Assembly (NCBI GenBank): GCA_010015585.1
Contig: ML975178.1
Reading direction: 5' to 3' (one strand)
From: Eremomyces bilateralis CBS 781.70
Taxonomy: Eukaryota
Length of the DNA stretch: 64,000 nt
The notes beneath the pieces were generated by a model, which worked only from the letters and a program-made list of their open reading frames with translations, did not search any database and was not told the origin of the DNA. Of this stretch, positions 25,555 through 39,859 are shown piece by piece. How positions within the stretch are numbered: position 1 is the first letter of the stretch; each line of letters begins with the position of its first letter. The position numbers were made by a program, and so were the translations under genes.

Positions 25555-27266
25555 TCAACACCATCCTTCCTTCTTACAACAACCCTTCCATTCCCAAATC
25601 CACTCCTTCACAAACTTCGCCTCATACTCCTGCGACCACCTCACATCCTTCGACGGCACTCCCGGCCCCGTCTCATTCTTAAACACCCCATTCTCATCCC
25701 AATGATGCACTCCCCCAGGAATCTTCCACCACGGCCGCTCCAACGTATTCTCCCTCCACGGCGCCCCGTCCGCCCCCGGCGTCACCGGCCTCCACGGATC
25801 CGCCTCCCCATCCACGAATGCCAGCCGCTCCGCCGCGATCTCGTACCCGCCATACTTATTGATTGCGTCGACGTCCGGCGGGCCGGTGATTCCGAACGCC
25901 TCACGGCAGACGATCGTGAGGTACTCTAGATCCAGGGTGCGGGAGACGAGCGGGGGAATGTGCTCAGGGACGCCGGAGCCGGTTTGGATGTACCCCCATT
26001 GCGTGCAGTACTGATACGGCCAGGCGCGCCAATCGTCGTCGAGCGAGTCTTGCGCGTAGTACGTGCTATTGTACGTCCCGAAGCACTGTTCCTGCGTGCG
26101 TTCGCTGCTCGCGCAGGGCGCGAGGGTGGAGATTTGGGTATAGCCGATCAAGTTCAGGAGCGGGGTCACGATCTTGGGAGAGACGTCGGCGGAGGACGCC
26201 AATTTCGCGACGGCGGGTTTCAGGCTGGCGGTGTCGGGGTACAGGATCGAGTCGGCGGTGACGTTCCCGCAGTATTCCGCGAACGACCCATCATTGATCG
26301 CCGGATCCCAATTCCGCCCTTGCCATCCCCAGACACCGTATGCGAGCACCGTGGCGAAGTCCCCGGAATGTTCGATGCCGCTCATGCCGAAAATCTTCTT
26401 TAGCTCTTGCTTGGCCGGCTCGTCGGAGCCGAGGAGGACGTGGTCGATCACTTTGACGAAGTCCACCGCATTGGCGATGCAGTCTTTCGGGCCGTACTTT
26501 CGGATCGGCTCGTGGTATTCCCAGTAGTCGTATATCGCTGCGGTGACGCCGCTGGAAGCGATAGCACCCCAGAAGGTATCCGGGTACAGCACTCGAAGAA
26601 TCGCGACAAATCCTCCGGCATATGACCCACCATACGCGATCCACGGCTTGTACGGCGGGTTCACCTTCTCCTCAATGCCAGGGAACTGCACATGCTCCGC
26701 GAAGTACGCCGTATCCGCTAGCGCCTGCTCGGTGGTCAAGAACCGCAGGTTCTCGGTCGACAGGTCCGGCACGGGGAAGCTTTCTCCATAATACCGGTGC
26801 TCGAGGATGACGCCGATGCCGCCGGTCACTTTGCTCAATTGGGCGACGATGCCTTTCTGGAGGTAGGGCAGGCGGCCGGTGCCGGAGGTCTCGCCGGCGG
26901 AGAGCACAATGACGGGACCGCCGGGCTTGTAGTAGGTGGTGTCGAACCAGTAGCGGAGGGGGAAGGTCTCGCTTGAATGGGGCTCGTAGAGGGAGCTATT
27001 GTGGAAGTGGTCCACTGGGACGGAGAGAGTGTGCGCGGGATATAGATCGGATGGATCTGGGGCGTCTCGTTTATGGAGGCGTAGGGAAGACTACACAGGT
27101 GTTAGACCACGGTGTTTGTGTTCTTCCTTGAACCTTTGAAGTCTATATTGAAATTGGCTCCACCACCTACATCTTTCTGAAGCCATGGTAGCGATCTTCG
27201 TGGCCCAAGTTGAGCTACCGTACCAGCTACTTGCAACCCAACCGCAACTATCTCGGTGAGACGCAT
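25555..27266 (-). CDS. Secreted serine carboxypeptidase, family S28
   Basis: Signal peptide exon; DHFHN, LEHRYYGES, QALAD, GGSYAG nucleophile motif, WPYQYCTQWG, GEADPW, VHHWD. Confidence 0.95.
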
Positions 27267-28602
27267 TCTGAACTTAGAGATGGTTCGCGACAACCGAAAT
27301 CCCAAAGCTCTTCTATCCAAATGATGCACACCCAGAAGTCTTCCACCCGAGATCTACCCTGGTATTAATACTGATGATTACACCCTGCAGCCTATCGGGC
27401 ACGTTGAATGGATGTAACGCATTACAGAAGGTCATTACTCCAGGAAACGCCAGTACAAGCATTCTTATCACCACTACTATGTAGCCATCATAAGAAGTTG
27501 GCAATCGGAGCCATTCCCGCATGGTGCTAGGATAAGCTGGGAAGGCTATGGGAATTGGGAGGGTTCATTGCCGATCAACTTATCAAAGGGGCAGGACGTG
27601 AGGATTGGGACAAGGGGCGTGAACCGAAATCTGGCGGGGATTCGGGGAAATCTTGAGGAGCCCTGTTATTAGGAGACGCTACGTTTGTGAGCCTTTGCTA
27701 TAATTAGTGGAACGGAGGATATGAGAAATGAAGCGAGATTGCAGATGTGAGGGATGGGAAACGAAGATGTCCACTAGAAGGGTTGCTGGTTGGGCACCGG
27801 AGGTGGCACGGGGGATGGGACTTAGAGGAACAGGTCCATGTACCGACTCCTCAGTCACAACTCACACCGCACCTTCTTTCTGGGAAAAAGATTACGAGGT
27901 CTAATATTGCAGCTGTAGATGATATTAAACAAAGCCGACCAAACGAAATCGCATTTCCGTGATCCATGAATTCGGCAAGCAAATGCATCATAGGATGATA
28001 GGAGGATGGAGCGATGAGCGATCGATGCTGAGAGGTCTAGAATCGGCCAACAGTAAGCTTCGCTTCGGAACACTACAGGTATGCACCCTTTGGCCTTCGT
28101 TGCCGTTAAGTGTCCAAATAAGATTAATTAAGTATAGGTAATAAATCGTGCTTGTTTGCCACGATGGACGGCGGCTAAGAGGCACAACTGGTTATCACGA
28201 AAGTAGGACATGGAATGTGTGGCGAATATCTTCACCTTGCCATACTCATGATATACGAATAATCGGATACCAAGCTAGGTGCTCACAGGGAGAAGCATAT
28301 CTTCGGAAGCGGTATGGAGGAAAGCCAAAATATGGTGGACCTCCGATTTGTCTATGATATGCGTATTCGTATCCATTCCTCGAATCCAACCGCCAAATGC
28401 CATTTGACGCTGTTCCTTTCTTCCCTCCGCACACCCCCTCGCAACATCGCCACACCCCGGTCCCTCGCGACCCCAGGCGATGCCGCGACCGTGCCTCCCC
28501 CTCGAAGCGAGCCGCCTCACGTGCAACCATGCGGGCTATTCCCTCCGTTCATCAAGTCATGTCATGAGAAAACGAATCGCCTCCCATCCCTCTGGCGCGC
28601 GT

Positions 28603-29258
28603 CTAGATGTTATCAATATCCAGATCCTTGTCGTCCGCGCCCGACTCGTCATCGTCGTCGAACTCGAACCCGATGCCTTCGCCACCCTCGTCGCCGTACG
28701 TGTCCGTCTCGTTGATCTTCGCCTCCTCGGGTAACTCGCCGCGCAGTTTCAGCTTGCGCGCCTCATCGACCGAGTACTTGTGGATCACGTCCGCCTTCTC
28801 GTCTTGGTATTCGCGCAGCGAGAGGAGGATGATGTCGCCCTGGTTGATCCAGACCTTCTTGCGCAGCTTGCCGCGGATATGGCCTTTTCGCGGGACGTTG
28901 ACGTCGTTGCCCTTGTCGTCTTTCTCGAAGCAGGTGGCGTCGAGGCGACCGTTGCCGGACATCTTGACTACCTGAGCGTAGACTGGAGGGGGAAGAGTTA
29001 GTGAAATGCCCGTTACAGAAGCAGAACAGGAGACGGCAGTCGGGGATGGAGGATGAGGGACATGTTCGTACCTTGACCGAACTCGGCGTAGATCAACTCG
29101 CGCTTCTCATTGTCGTTCTCGTTCTTGCCCCTTCGTCTGTTTTTACCTCCCTACAGCCCGCGATGTTAGCATTGCCGCCGAAGAGAAATGACCCCGCCTT
29201 TGGCGAAGTCGGGCAATGTAGGAACGGGGTTTCTTACCTTTCCCTTATTCTTAGGCAT
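28603..29258 (-). CDS. TIF11: Translation initiation factor eIF1A (divergent), 3 exons
   Basis: [55 protein letters not shown], acidic tail ending DIDNI. Confidence 0.93.
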
Positions 29259-29628
29259 AGTGACTCGCGGTTCTTCTCAGTAGGATTTGTATTTCAGGGA
29301 AGATTGGTCGGGTCAGAAGGGTTGGGTCGGCGAAGTGTGTTCTTTGTTCGCTTGTGAAGGTGTTAAGGTTGAGTGTGTGTCATGAATGCAGGATGTTGTC
29401 GTGGTTTTGGCGGGGGGCGACAAATCACTGCAGAGCAGAGCAGATGCTTTTATGGGGCCACGCCTCCCACCAAAGAGATCGTCACGTGACCATATAGGTT
29501 CATCCTGCACTGGACGACTGGACTGGTTAATTTCTCCCGTTCGACCGTTAAGTCTGTTTGCCTCAGTTCGCCTCAATAAAGCCAATGTACGGCTAATCCT
29601 GCGTGGGCATACCGCTCACCGTAGCACG

Positions 29629-30453
29629 ATGACCTACTACCGTGCGACTTTCCACCCGCAGTGAAGCGGAGGTACCTGGACAAGACCTCGTCTCTTGAAG
29701 GCGTAGCGATGGCAGGAACGCACCTCCAGGTAGCTTCCCTCCGAATCCCCCAAGCTACCCCATCATATCCCTAATGCTCCATAGCTCCGCACCCTCGCCT
29801 ACACCTTCACCCCCAAACCGACGCTCACCTTGTTCGCCCAGAACACGCTCAGCCGTTCCCATAACCCCCTCTGGTTTGTCTACCGCCACCGCTACGACGA
29901 CATCATCCGGGCGCAGAAGGAGAGGCGGCCTGCGCCGCGGTTCATTTGGCAGGTTCACGCGAGGGCGGACGCGCCGTTGTTTAAGCGGAAGCTCGTGCGG
30001 AGCTATTGCATTAGGAAGTTGAAGAAGGGGTTTCGGAAGGCGTTGGATGAGGCGGGGATTGATGATGATGGGAGGGAGGTTGTGAAGGGTGATGGTGGTG
30101 GTGGTGGCAGTGGTGGGGAGGATTTGGTGGGCTGGCATCCAGCGGCGGCTCCTATGGACAAGGGAGGCGAGATCGGGATGGGAAGGAAGCGAATTTGGGG
30201 GCTTTGTACGATGTGGGTGAATCGGACGACGTTTGATTGCAAGCAGGAGGAGGTAGATAAGGAGTGTCAGACATTGTTGCAGAAGATCATTAAGGATTTG
30301 GGAGGACAGCGGAGGCCGCAGAATGTGCTGGAGCCGACGATGCGTGGACCAGAGAAGCGGCAGGCAGGGCCGAAGCCTAATACGGTGCAGCAGTCGCAGA
30401 GAGTGTGGCCACAGAATGAACGGCCGCAGAGACGGAAGGTCAAATCAAGATGA
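29629..30453 (+). CDS. Hypothetical basic protein (start and first intron uncertain)
   Basis: 207-aa-plus ORF with coding-like composition, divergent from eIF1A. Confidence 0.5.
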
Positions 30454-30700
30454 TATTTGAGAAGTCTGGATTCTTTCATCGAGGTATACGTCCCGTGAAT
30501 TTATTTGTCCCGTGCAAGCTCCATACAGGCGCCGACCCCGTTGCTTGGGCATTCCCGTTATACACTATTGAGGCGGAGGCTCTAAACGACCACCGTCGCT
30601 TCCAGTAACGCCTCGTGATTCCGTTCGTCCGTCTTTTCCCCTTTCCCTTCCCCGAATCCCATACATAACTCCGCGCAATGCTCGCTCAAATAAGACACCA

Positions 30701-31961
30701 TCACCCCCTCCCCGGTTTCAAACAACGTCCTTTCCCTGCCACCTCCTTCCTCAGGTACCCCAACCTCTCGAAGTCCTCATCGAAATCAAAATCCCCACTC
30801 CAGAACCCACACCCGATGTTACTCGTCTCCCCCCTCTCCATCGTCTGCTCCAGCCCCGCGAAATCCACCGGCGGGATCCCCATCGGATCCGGATTCTGCT
30901 GCGAAATGATGCTCTCCCCTTCCATGTGATGGAATAGCTCCGGATTGACCGTCACGCACCGCAGCCCGTCTGCCGCGCCCGCCCGGCACGCGTGCAGCAT
31001 CGCGACGTCGAACGCCTCGTGCGTGGCCTTCGGCGGCGCCACCCGCGCGTGGATCTTGATCGCCGCCGCCCGCGTGACCGCGTAGCCGAACGTGCAGAGC
31101 GGCCAGACGGATTGGTGGACCATGCGGATGTGCTCGGTGATGTGCAGCTCGTTGAAGAGCTGAGCGGTGAAGGGATGCAGGTCGCTACGGGGGATGAGGG
31201 TGGCGTCGGCGTAGAAGGTGTGGTTAGTGGTAGCGAGTTCGGAGGGGGAGATGGTGCGGTCAACGCCGTACTGCTCGACTGCGTCGAAGTAGTCGCCGCA
31301 ATGGCCGATATAGAGAAGGTCCCAGGCGGAGGTGTCGCCGTAATAAGACGAGGCGGCGCGGGGTCGGCGCGGAGAGAGACGCGGGTTGGGGGCGAAGCGG
31401 TCGCTGTACGAGCGGATGGCGGCGGCGGCGCGAGGGATTTGCATGGTCCGGAGACGAATGTCCCAGTCGACATCATCCTCAAGAATCAAGGCCGTCTCGT
31501 GCCCGGAGTCGATAAACCTAGGTGGTAATCAACGACGTCATTCGGAGATACAGTCGCGGGTTGACTCACTCTTGCAGCACAGAATCATGCGCGAGCCATG
31601 CCCTGATTGAGCCGGTGGTGGTCGTGATGTTACCGAAACCATCTTCGTAGAATTTTCGCTCATCATGGTCGGTCCAAATCGGCTGGGTTGGGATGGTGAG
31701 ATCGATCCCCGTGACATTCGCCGCCTGGACGAGGCCAAATCTTCGTGGAGAGTTAAGGCCCGAGACGACATAGACCGCACCGAAACCTAATGTCGAGTTG
31801 GCAGGACCGAGAGAGCTGAAGCTGGAGATAAGGCCGTGATAGGAGGAATTTAGGGTATCTCGGAAAACGCAATAGTATATCAAAATGAAGGCAGCAACCA
31901 CGAGGAAATGACGCTTCCACTGAGCCAGCATCTTTCTCGTGGTGTAACGAGCATCCTTCAT
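30701..31961 (-). CDS. Glycosyltransferase family 25-like protein, 2 exons
   Basis: N-terminal TM anchor; NSTLGFGAVYVVS, AWLAH, ALILEDDVDWD, WDLLYIGHC and CTFGYAVT motifs. Confidence 0.88.
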
Positions 31962-32699
31962 TGACTTTTGACGACAGAGGGTGTTTGATGTTAGTTAGAA
32001 AAGCGACCGAACTGAAAAATCAAAGACTGGGAATGAGTAGGATACAGGACCAGGACCATAGCAGAGCTTGTGGAACGGGTGGTAATATTAAATGGCAGCA
32101 GAGTGAATTGCAGGAAGGTTCCCTTTCTCGTCCCTCACGTTCCTGCAGGCTCCCGGCCGTTTCTGTTTCAACTTTCAACGGGCACCGCTCCAGTCCCTCG
32201 TCACTGACGTAAATTTAAAGAAGCTTGAGTGACGAAAAGTGGAATGCGATCAACGCTCCCTAACTTAATGTAAACGCTGCTGGGAACCCGGCAATCGTCA
32301 CCATGGATGATTGAATGTGGGCTTGTCCGCTTTCGACTCTGTGGCCCCCGATGAGCGTATCGGAGGAAACAGCTGAACTGGCGTCCAGTCTTTGGACACA
32401 TGAGATCACGGCATGATGTTCCCGTCGCGTACCTACCGATCCTTAAAAAGGGTGGGATGCTATCGAATTTACGATGCGCGTTACCATCGGATGCCTTCCG
32501 TGTGTATCACGAGAGCAAACGACATCTTGCTAGACCGATAGTCCGATACCTCCATCACGATGATATCGAGGGGGTAATGTCAAGACGTATCGTGAGAATG
32601 GGGGATGCCAACTATCTCAAACGGAGAATTTACTGGGTCGCCACGAATCGAGCGCAATGCACGTCTATCGCAATGATCGGATGCTAATCCCTTTCCCGG

Positions 32700-33400
32700 C
32701 TAGGGGTGGCGTTTCGGCGATCTTAGCCGCTTGGAGCGTCCCCTGTCTATCCCTCCACTAAACCAGATACACACTCCATGTTGGCTTTGTTCCAACAACA
32801 TCAACGTCATCATCAACATCCGGCATGCTAAATGCTTCGATAATACTTTCGTACTCGTCTGGTACGATGTCGAAGATTTCCGAACGTTCCTTGTGGTTTC
32901 TTGTTCCATATGGCTTTCTCGAAAGCTCACAACGACTTCGGAGAGCGACTTGAGTTTGTTCTCGCTTAATAATGGTATTATCGCCGGTATCACAATCTCC
33001 TACTGTCGAGTTTGCGAGGACCTAGCCGGAATATGCAGATGAGCGGACAAATCGTATCTATCGGCCATCCTATTCTTATCGTCGATAAGCCTGGCCAAAA
33101 TCCATCCATAAACCGAGACTAAGGCCTCCTTGGGGTGATCCAATCTTGCATCGACCCATGACCATGATTGTTAAACTTTTGCTTCGGCTGTCGATGTGAA
33201 AAGCTTCTCAACCGAACTTCAGTGCTTTCCTTGCTCTTTTCATCGAATTTCATTTCTCTCCATCTCCAGCTCTCGGCAGTAAGGAAGAACCAGGATCAGT
33301 TGGAGTTCGTAACCGTGTCCTTATAAGAACTGCTTGCATCCTAAACTCAGCGTTTCATTTTCCTGAAGCGAGAATGCAAAGTTATCGTTCCTTCCTATTC
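32700..33400 (-). pseudogene. Possible decayed NACHT/HET-type gene fragment
   Basis: Broken frames reading LQTDP..., LVSVYGWIL... loosely resemble the pre-NACHT region; no P-loop seen. Confidence 0.2.
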
Positions 33401-34277
33401 ATTGTTACTTGACAGTATGCATGATGCTTGTTGAAAATGTCATTCATAATCTTTATACATCTTCACATGAGCCATTTCTGATACAGATAAAGACCATGAT
33501 ATTGCAACTTTGGTCTTTCTTTTTGGTTTCATTGAATAACTGCCTGAGACAGGTTCTTATGGCTCTCAGAAAAATCAGTGCCTTCAGTTGCTTGTGATGG
33601 TTCCTGCTTTAACATCTGCAAAGCCATATCTGTATTCATATCACATGAATACATGAATAGACACCCCGCCTCAGCCTAACACACAAGACTCGATCAGATG
33701 CCACGCAACGCCGAGGAGAAGATGACTCCTTAAGTGGTTATACAGGTTTTGGAGACACAGAGTTCATTGAATCGTATTATTCTGCGCACTATCCCGCAGA
33801 ACGGTCTTCATGAAACTGTAAGAAGTGATGAACGCCTGTGGGAATGAATGAACAGGCAACCGCAACCGCAACCCTCGTTGTCCCAGCGAAACCTTCCAGG
33901 TATAAATGGATATCTATTGACCGATAATCGTATGACTGGTCCTTATATAAACAACAGCTGGTAAACGGTATCATCGTCACATTGCCATTCACTCGCTGAG
34001 TCGTCACTTTCTCCATTCATCATCGAGTATCTCCAGATCTCGCATCTCCTATTTTATCTTATTGCTGCAGTAAACTTGGACTAGGCCTTTCATGTTGAGG
34101 CAGCATAGTTCGTTGTTACATTCTATCCCCAAGCTTACCTACGTCGTGTCTGTTGGAAGCTCCAATCTCCACATCGGATCATGGTCAGTCTAATTGAACG
34201 CCACGTTCGCCTGGTATCTACCGAGTGGACATGTCGGAACAGGACCAGGAGGGTTACTCACTCATATCGAATTTAGG

Positions 34278-34810
34278 ATTCCAACAAAGCCAACCAAAAT
34301 CCTCGTAGTCCCTCGAAGCCCGAAGATGACTTCTACGGATCGTTCAGCAACCTGACACTCAAGATCGATGACAAGAAGACAGTTATCAAGAAAGAGCCAG
34401 GCGATGAGAACGAACACCCATCTTTCACAACCGACGCCGAGAAGCCCAGCACCAAAGGCCGCTTCCGCCCCTGCAAGGGCCCTTCTTCCGCCCAGGACCC
34501 GATCTCCGATACCGAAAAGGAGCAGCGACTCGAGGACCTCTCCCAGGAAGAACTCCGGCGCGTCTGTTCCCGCAGCCCCCTCTGGGGCAAGGTGCAAGGA
34601 AGGCTTAATAAGAGGGATGACGTCAAAGGCTATCAGACGCACGGTGATAGCTGGAGAAGGACGTGGGAGAGGCATTGCGTCGAACGTCCGTTCAGAAAGT
34701 TCGCCCAGAACAATGGCATCCACTTCGTGGATGTGGAGGGTTATCAAGCTTGCAAACTTTGGTGGGAGCGAGATTGGGATAGCAGGCATCCTGCTAGAGA
34801 GTCTGGTTGA
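34278..34810 (+). CDS. Hypothetical protein, last exon (5' exon probably near 34181)
   Basis: Stop-free frame of ~177 codons after a TTTAG acceptor (DSNKANQNP..WRRTWERHCVE..WWERDW). Confidence 0.45.
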
Positions 34811-35590
34811 TGGGCGATGAACGAGCCATCCAGGAGTAGTTCATAGGGGAGGATATGGAGGGAGTTTGCCGGCTCATCGTTTGTCGTCTTCGCAGATGGT
34901 GTTTCGCGAACCCAGCGCGTGTCGAGCCTACTTTGCCTTGGTTTTTCTTTCGTTCCTAGGGAAGCAGCACAGACGCGTCGATATGAATTAACAGTAGAAT
35001 CTTCGCTCTAACTCATTTTCTGATTTTCAATGCAGTGAACTTTATCGTTTCCTTGTATCAGATCCATCCAGGAAAATTCATCGGGCCTGTAGCAGACTCA
35101 CCTCACACCCTTCATGTTGCAGTCCTTAAACATTACGTCAACATTCCTGACCTCGACTGTCAGTTCTGATTATCCGGTTATTCTTTTTGTCGGCCAGAAT
35201 CGATCAAATCTGACGTGGCAATGATTCCGAAGGATCTCAATTTGGGATTGAAATCCATAGTGTTGGCGCCAACGCCAACAACATAGCCCCCCTCGGCTCA
35301 AACATGAATACGGCAACATATCAGGGTTGATATATCGGCATCTGTGCCCTCCGCAAGTCAAGACTGGAATATCATAACCCGATTCTCGTTCTCCAATCTG
35401 TGGTGAGAGGTCACTGGCTTTCTCACGTAACATCTATCCCTTCAGTGAAATGACTGTTCACTGAATATCTCGACTTCCTATCACGTCGATGACTGATTAC
35501 TGCTCCCAGCGTTCACTGCAGCCGGAAACTTGAAAGAGGAAGATAAATCGTAATAAGGTGAACCAAGTGTTATCTCGACCGTAAAACACA

Positions 35591-36812
35591 ATGCGTTCCA
35601 CACGTTTAGCGGTGACATGCCCTCTAATTTTAGCATTTCATGCGACACTTGTGGCCTCGAGCTTCTTGACCGTCACGTCTCGATATCAATACAAGGAAAC
35701 AACGGCGCAGCAACAGATAATATCATCTCGCCAGACGATCAAAGTCCGACGTGGTACTTGCCGCCTCGCCAATCTCTGCTTCGACCTCGATCCATGACTT
35801 ATACAATATCACCTACATAATCTTCTACTACGCGCCCGACACAGTCCCAGAGCAGAACATTTCCAGCTCCACTGCGTCTCCCACCTCCACAGGACCTCCC
35901 AATGCGACTAGTTGGTACCAGCCGATTATCTGGACAGCTCCAACGAAATGCTCGACACCATTCACCGTATCGACAAGGGCGCAAATCACCGTGCCACAAG
36001 CGGTATGGGACCAGCTCACTCCCACTTTGACTACAGTAACGACGCGAACGCTCAGCACATACCTGCATTTATACGTCAACCTGGACTTGAGTCCCGGGGC
36101 GATTCCCATGGCGACGCCGACCGACGGATATACCTACTCCTTCATCCAGAGCTGCAGGAACCCCGCGACAGCAGTCAATTCCTTTGAGTGGTTGGGGCCG
36201 GGAGAGGAGTACGCGTAGAAGCCACCTGGGAACAGCATCTGTCCTCGCCTGATGTCCTGCGACCACTACTGGGCGATGGTCATCGCACTAGCAACCATCC
36301 TCCCCATCGTTTTCGTCCTCGGCTTCTTCGAATCGTTCTTCTGGTTCCGCCGCATGGTGCTGGGCCAGAGCGCCCTGCGGATCGGGACCGTCTGCTGGAT
36401 CCTCATCACGGTGTGGATATTGGGCTTCACTCGGATATTGGTTTCGAGATCGCCGGACAATCAGCAGGCGCTGAAGCAGCAGTGGGAGCAGATGCCGTTC
36501 GCAAGGAAGTGGAGGCTGTGGCGGAAGTGGGCGTTTCGACACACTTATCCGGACCAGTTGTTGGGCCCGGAGCCGGTGCGCGGGAGAGAGGAGGGAAGCG
36601 ATCGGGATCGTGTCGCGCTTGGAAGCGAGGAAGGAAAGTGGATGGGAAAACGGGTGTGTTGGATGCCGAGAACAGCCAGGGCGGAGAACTCTCTTCTATC
36701 CCTCCTCCGCCGTACACGGGCCCACGGGGAATCCGGCTGCTTAACTGGTGTGAGTGGTAATGTCAGAACGAAAGGATTACTATGTAATGTTGTAATCTCA
36801 GTCTGGAGGTAG
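35591..36812 (+). pseudogene. Disrupted signal-peptide, Thr-rich membrane protein gene
   Basis: Signal peptide, Thr-rich domain and TM pair. ORFs 35751-36218 and 36252-36812 share a frame across TAG 36216-36218; frame change near 35750. Confidence 0.55.
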
Positions 36813-39800
36813 CGGAAGCATCTAATGTAATGAATAGCGTATAGTTAGTTACAGACAAATTAATCATACTGAAATGATATACTTGCCCTTAACATACGCT
36901 TGAGACTATGTTCATTAGCTACGAGCAGGGAGATATACTGGTAGCACTCAACATTGTTGTATCGAGTCTCGCATTCCCAATCGTCCCTCAACCCATCAAT
37001 GTAACAGGATAGTAAGTTCCCGATGCGAATAACTCCTTTTAGCTGGTTGCTTTGCCCGACACACTGCTCGTCTCAGCCTTCCCTCAAGTCTTAACATTCA
37101 TACTCCAGCATACTCACCTCCAACATGCAAGTAGCCAAGTAGACAATTCTATTGGGCGACACAATAAAATGGCCAGCCTAGTTCCACGGGTTATGAATAG
37201 CATATAAATCTGAGACAATATTACCAATCCCGCGCCCCAGACCATGTTGCTGGGTTGCATCAATAGACATTGGACTAGTCTAGCCCCAACAAGTGAGACA
37301 ACCTGCGGGACGCGGAGTGATACCATCTGGCGCCTGCTTCGGCGAGAAATCACGATAATCTAAGACTGGTGCATCGACAATGCATTTCTCGATGAAGCTA
37401 CCCATGAATTCGTGGAGCATCTCCCGTCCCGCCGATTGCATGTCAGCCGTATTCCTTGCTTCGTCCATGTTCGAGACCGAGAATCGCATGACACTCATAC
37501 GATCCACGATGCCCAACGTGAAGACAACGGACACGAGCGACAACTAACGAGACATCAGGATACGGAGTCCATAACTAAGATCATGAATTCATAATACCTG
37601 ACTCGACGATGTTTAGCGGAATCGGCCAATTTCCGCCACGAGATGGTAATCACCTCAGGTGGCTCGTGGGTCGTGGCAATCAATCAGCGACAGGACGAAT
37701 CGATGATCAAGGACGGCATGGGCCCGTAGTTGGTCGTTGCTCGCGCAGTGATCAGCAGTGATCACCGTCGCTTGACAGTTGCCCGCCGATGCGGAAATGC
37801 CGGATAACGGATTCGGGATACGCGTGCATACCGTACTTTTGTCCGAACTCTTCAGTTACAGATATTATTCAGATTTCAGGGCCTGCCGTTCGAAACTTCT
37901 GGTCCAGCTAAATTTGATGTTCATAAAACGCAACGCAAGTCGGAATTAGGAGGAGTTTCGCCGACCAACCAAACATACATGGTACATCCATTCTTCCGTC
38001 CCTGTTCTTCGCACTCCTTTACCCCTTACCTTCCCTCCACCATCTGCAGTGAATCCGCGACTGCGATCTGCGATGATGAGATTGCACATGCAGACGCCGA
38101 TGATGCAGGCTGGCCTTGGATACGAGGACCCGTCAATGGGAAAGACGCGGTTGTCGCCTGCGTTGATGCACGCTTGAATAGTCGAGAAGCGGGACAGGAT
38201 CTGGGGTGTTTGAAAGGGTTCTTCAACTCGAGCTTCCATGTTGGACTTCGCGGACGGCGAATCCGAGTCCTCTTATTCGCTTCGCAAACGCGGGTCACGC
38301 TGGCGGGCCGAAAGGCTGACGAACAACGTGCGGGCCATTAACTATATTTACAAACACACTACCATTCCCTTGCCTTGTATGGAACTCAGGGGACGCTGAA
38401 CCAGCATGAAGAAGAGGACATGTCGGTGCGGTGAAACGACATAACATGGGACGACTTTGAGAGAATCACGGTATAAAAACGCAGTAAAAGGTATGGTCAA
38501 GCTGTTTCGGTATACTTGAACAAGGAAACGATGCTCTTACAGATAATAGACGGTATGAGATCCACGTCGAGACTCATCAGCTGCCTCATCATTTCCTCTA
38601 TCTCGTTCTGGTTCCTCTCCTCCTATCGACGGAGGCAATAATCTTCTGCCGCCTTCTTTATCATTGCTTCATCTGGCTCCGGTACTTTGATGTAGCTGTC
38701 GGCGAGTTCAGGATTGTCAGATTTGTTCCTGGGCACAAGGGAAAAGATTGAATCGAAACTCAGAGCGATCCAAGACTTCATACTCCGTACTTGACTTTGC
38801 TAAGAGGAGACATCGTGAAGGGGTGATGTTATTCGATATTTCTGCTGCTGTTGCGTACCAGACACTGTAATCGCCGACAAGCTCTCCTGACGCTAGCACT
38901 CAGGCTTTACGAATTACGATGAAGCAATGCAAGACATTTGGCAAGGTATTCCTTGTTTAATTCCAGATATATCTCGACGCCAATTATCACGAGGTCTAGC
39001 AAGGTTTAGCCATGTAGTATGCGAATGGGCACGAGCACACCTTGCTCAACGTCTTCAAGGGTCGCCTGTCAAGTGCTCGGATCCTTCGCACTCCGCCCCT
39101 CCGGGCGTCGATCGTTGATATCGAGAAATTGGACTAGCAAGGACTAAAATCCTCAGGATTCTTCCACTCATCTTCTGGAAGATTGTAGCGGAGTGACATG
39201 ACACCGTGGCAAGTGCGAGATTTGCAGCCGAAACACCCGCGTCTAACTAGTATGGTACCGTAACCTCCACCTTCATAATCGAATTATGATCGACTCTTGA
39301 TCGACTCTTGATCGACTCTTGAGAAGGCTGTTGAGCATCGGGGACAAGCACGAAGGAAACAGTTGAACGTGCCGACATGACCTAAGGTGCCATAAATATC
39401 GTACGATCCCAATTCGCAAGTGTTAACTTCAGTCTTCGAGTCTAGAGAGTTGCATCACTCGATCCGCGTTTCTCGCCGAAGCTAGTAAATCATTGGCTTA
39501 CCGAGGCAGCCGGAGTCAGCATATCCTGTCGTATCTAATTTTTTAGCACGAAAGAAGGAGGGACGAAAACCTGGTTCGAACAGGATCTGATGTCAAGGAA
39601 GCAAACTTAACAACGCCACGGCCCACGACTCCACGAGGGTGTCCCCGCCAAGAGATTAATTAATCCTTAACGAAAGCTTGGAAGTTGGAGGATCCGAATT
39701 TCTTGAGGAATTGAGGATGTACATTGTACCTGATACCTCCCGTATGTACAACGGAATATTCCTATCTAATTTGAGCGCGGATCCCACGTGCCAGGATGAA

Positions 39801-39859
39801 TCCCGAAGCGCTAAACGATGTCCAGCTGAAACCTCACTGAGCCGCTATTGATCGCCATA

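Noticed and set aside
39287..39322. GATCGACTCTT x3
   Set aside because: Simple slippage repeat with no further structure.
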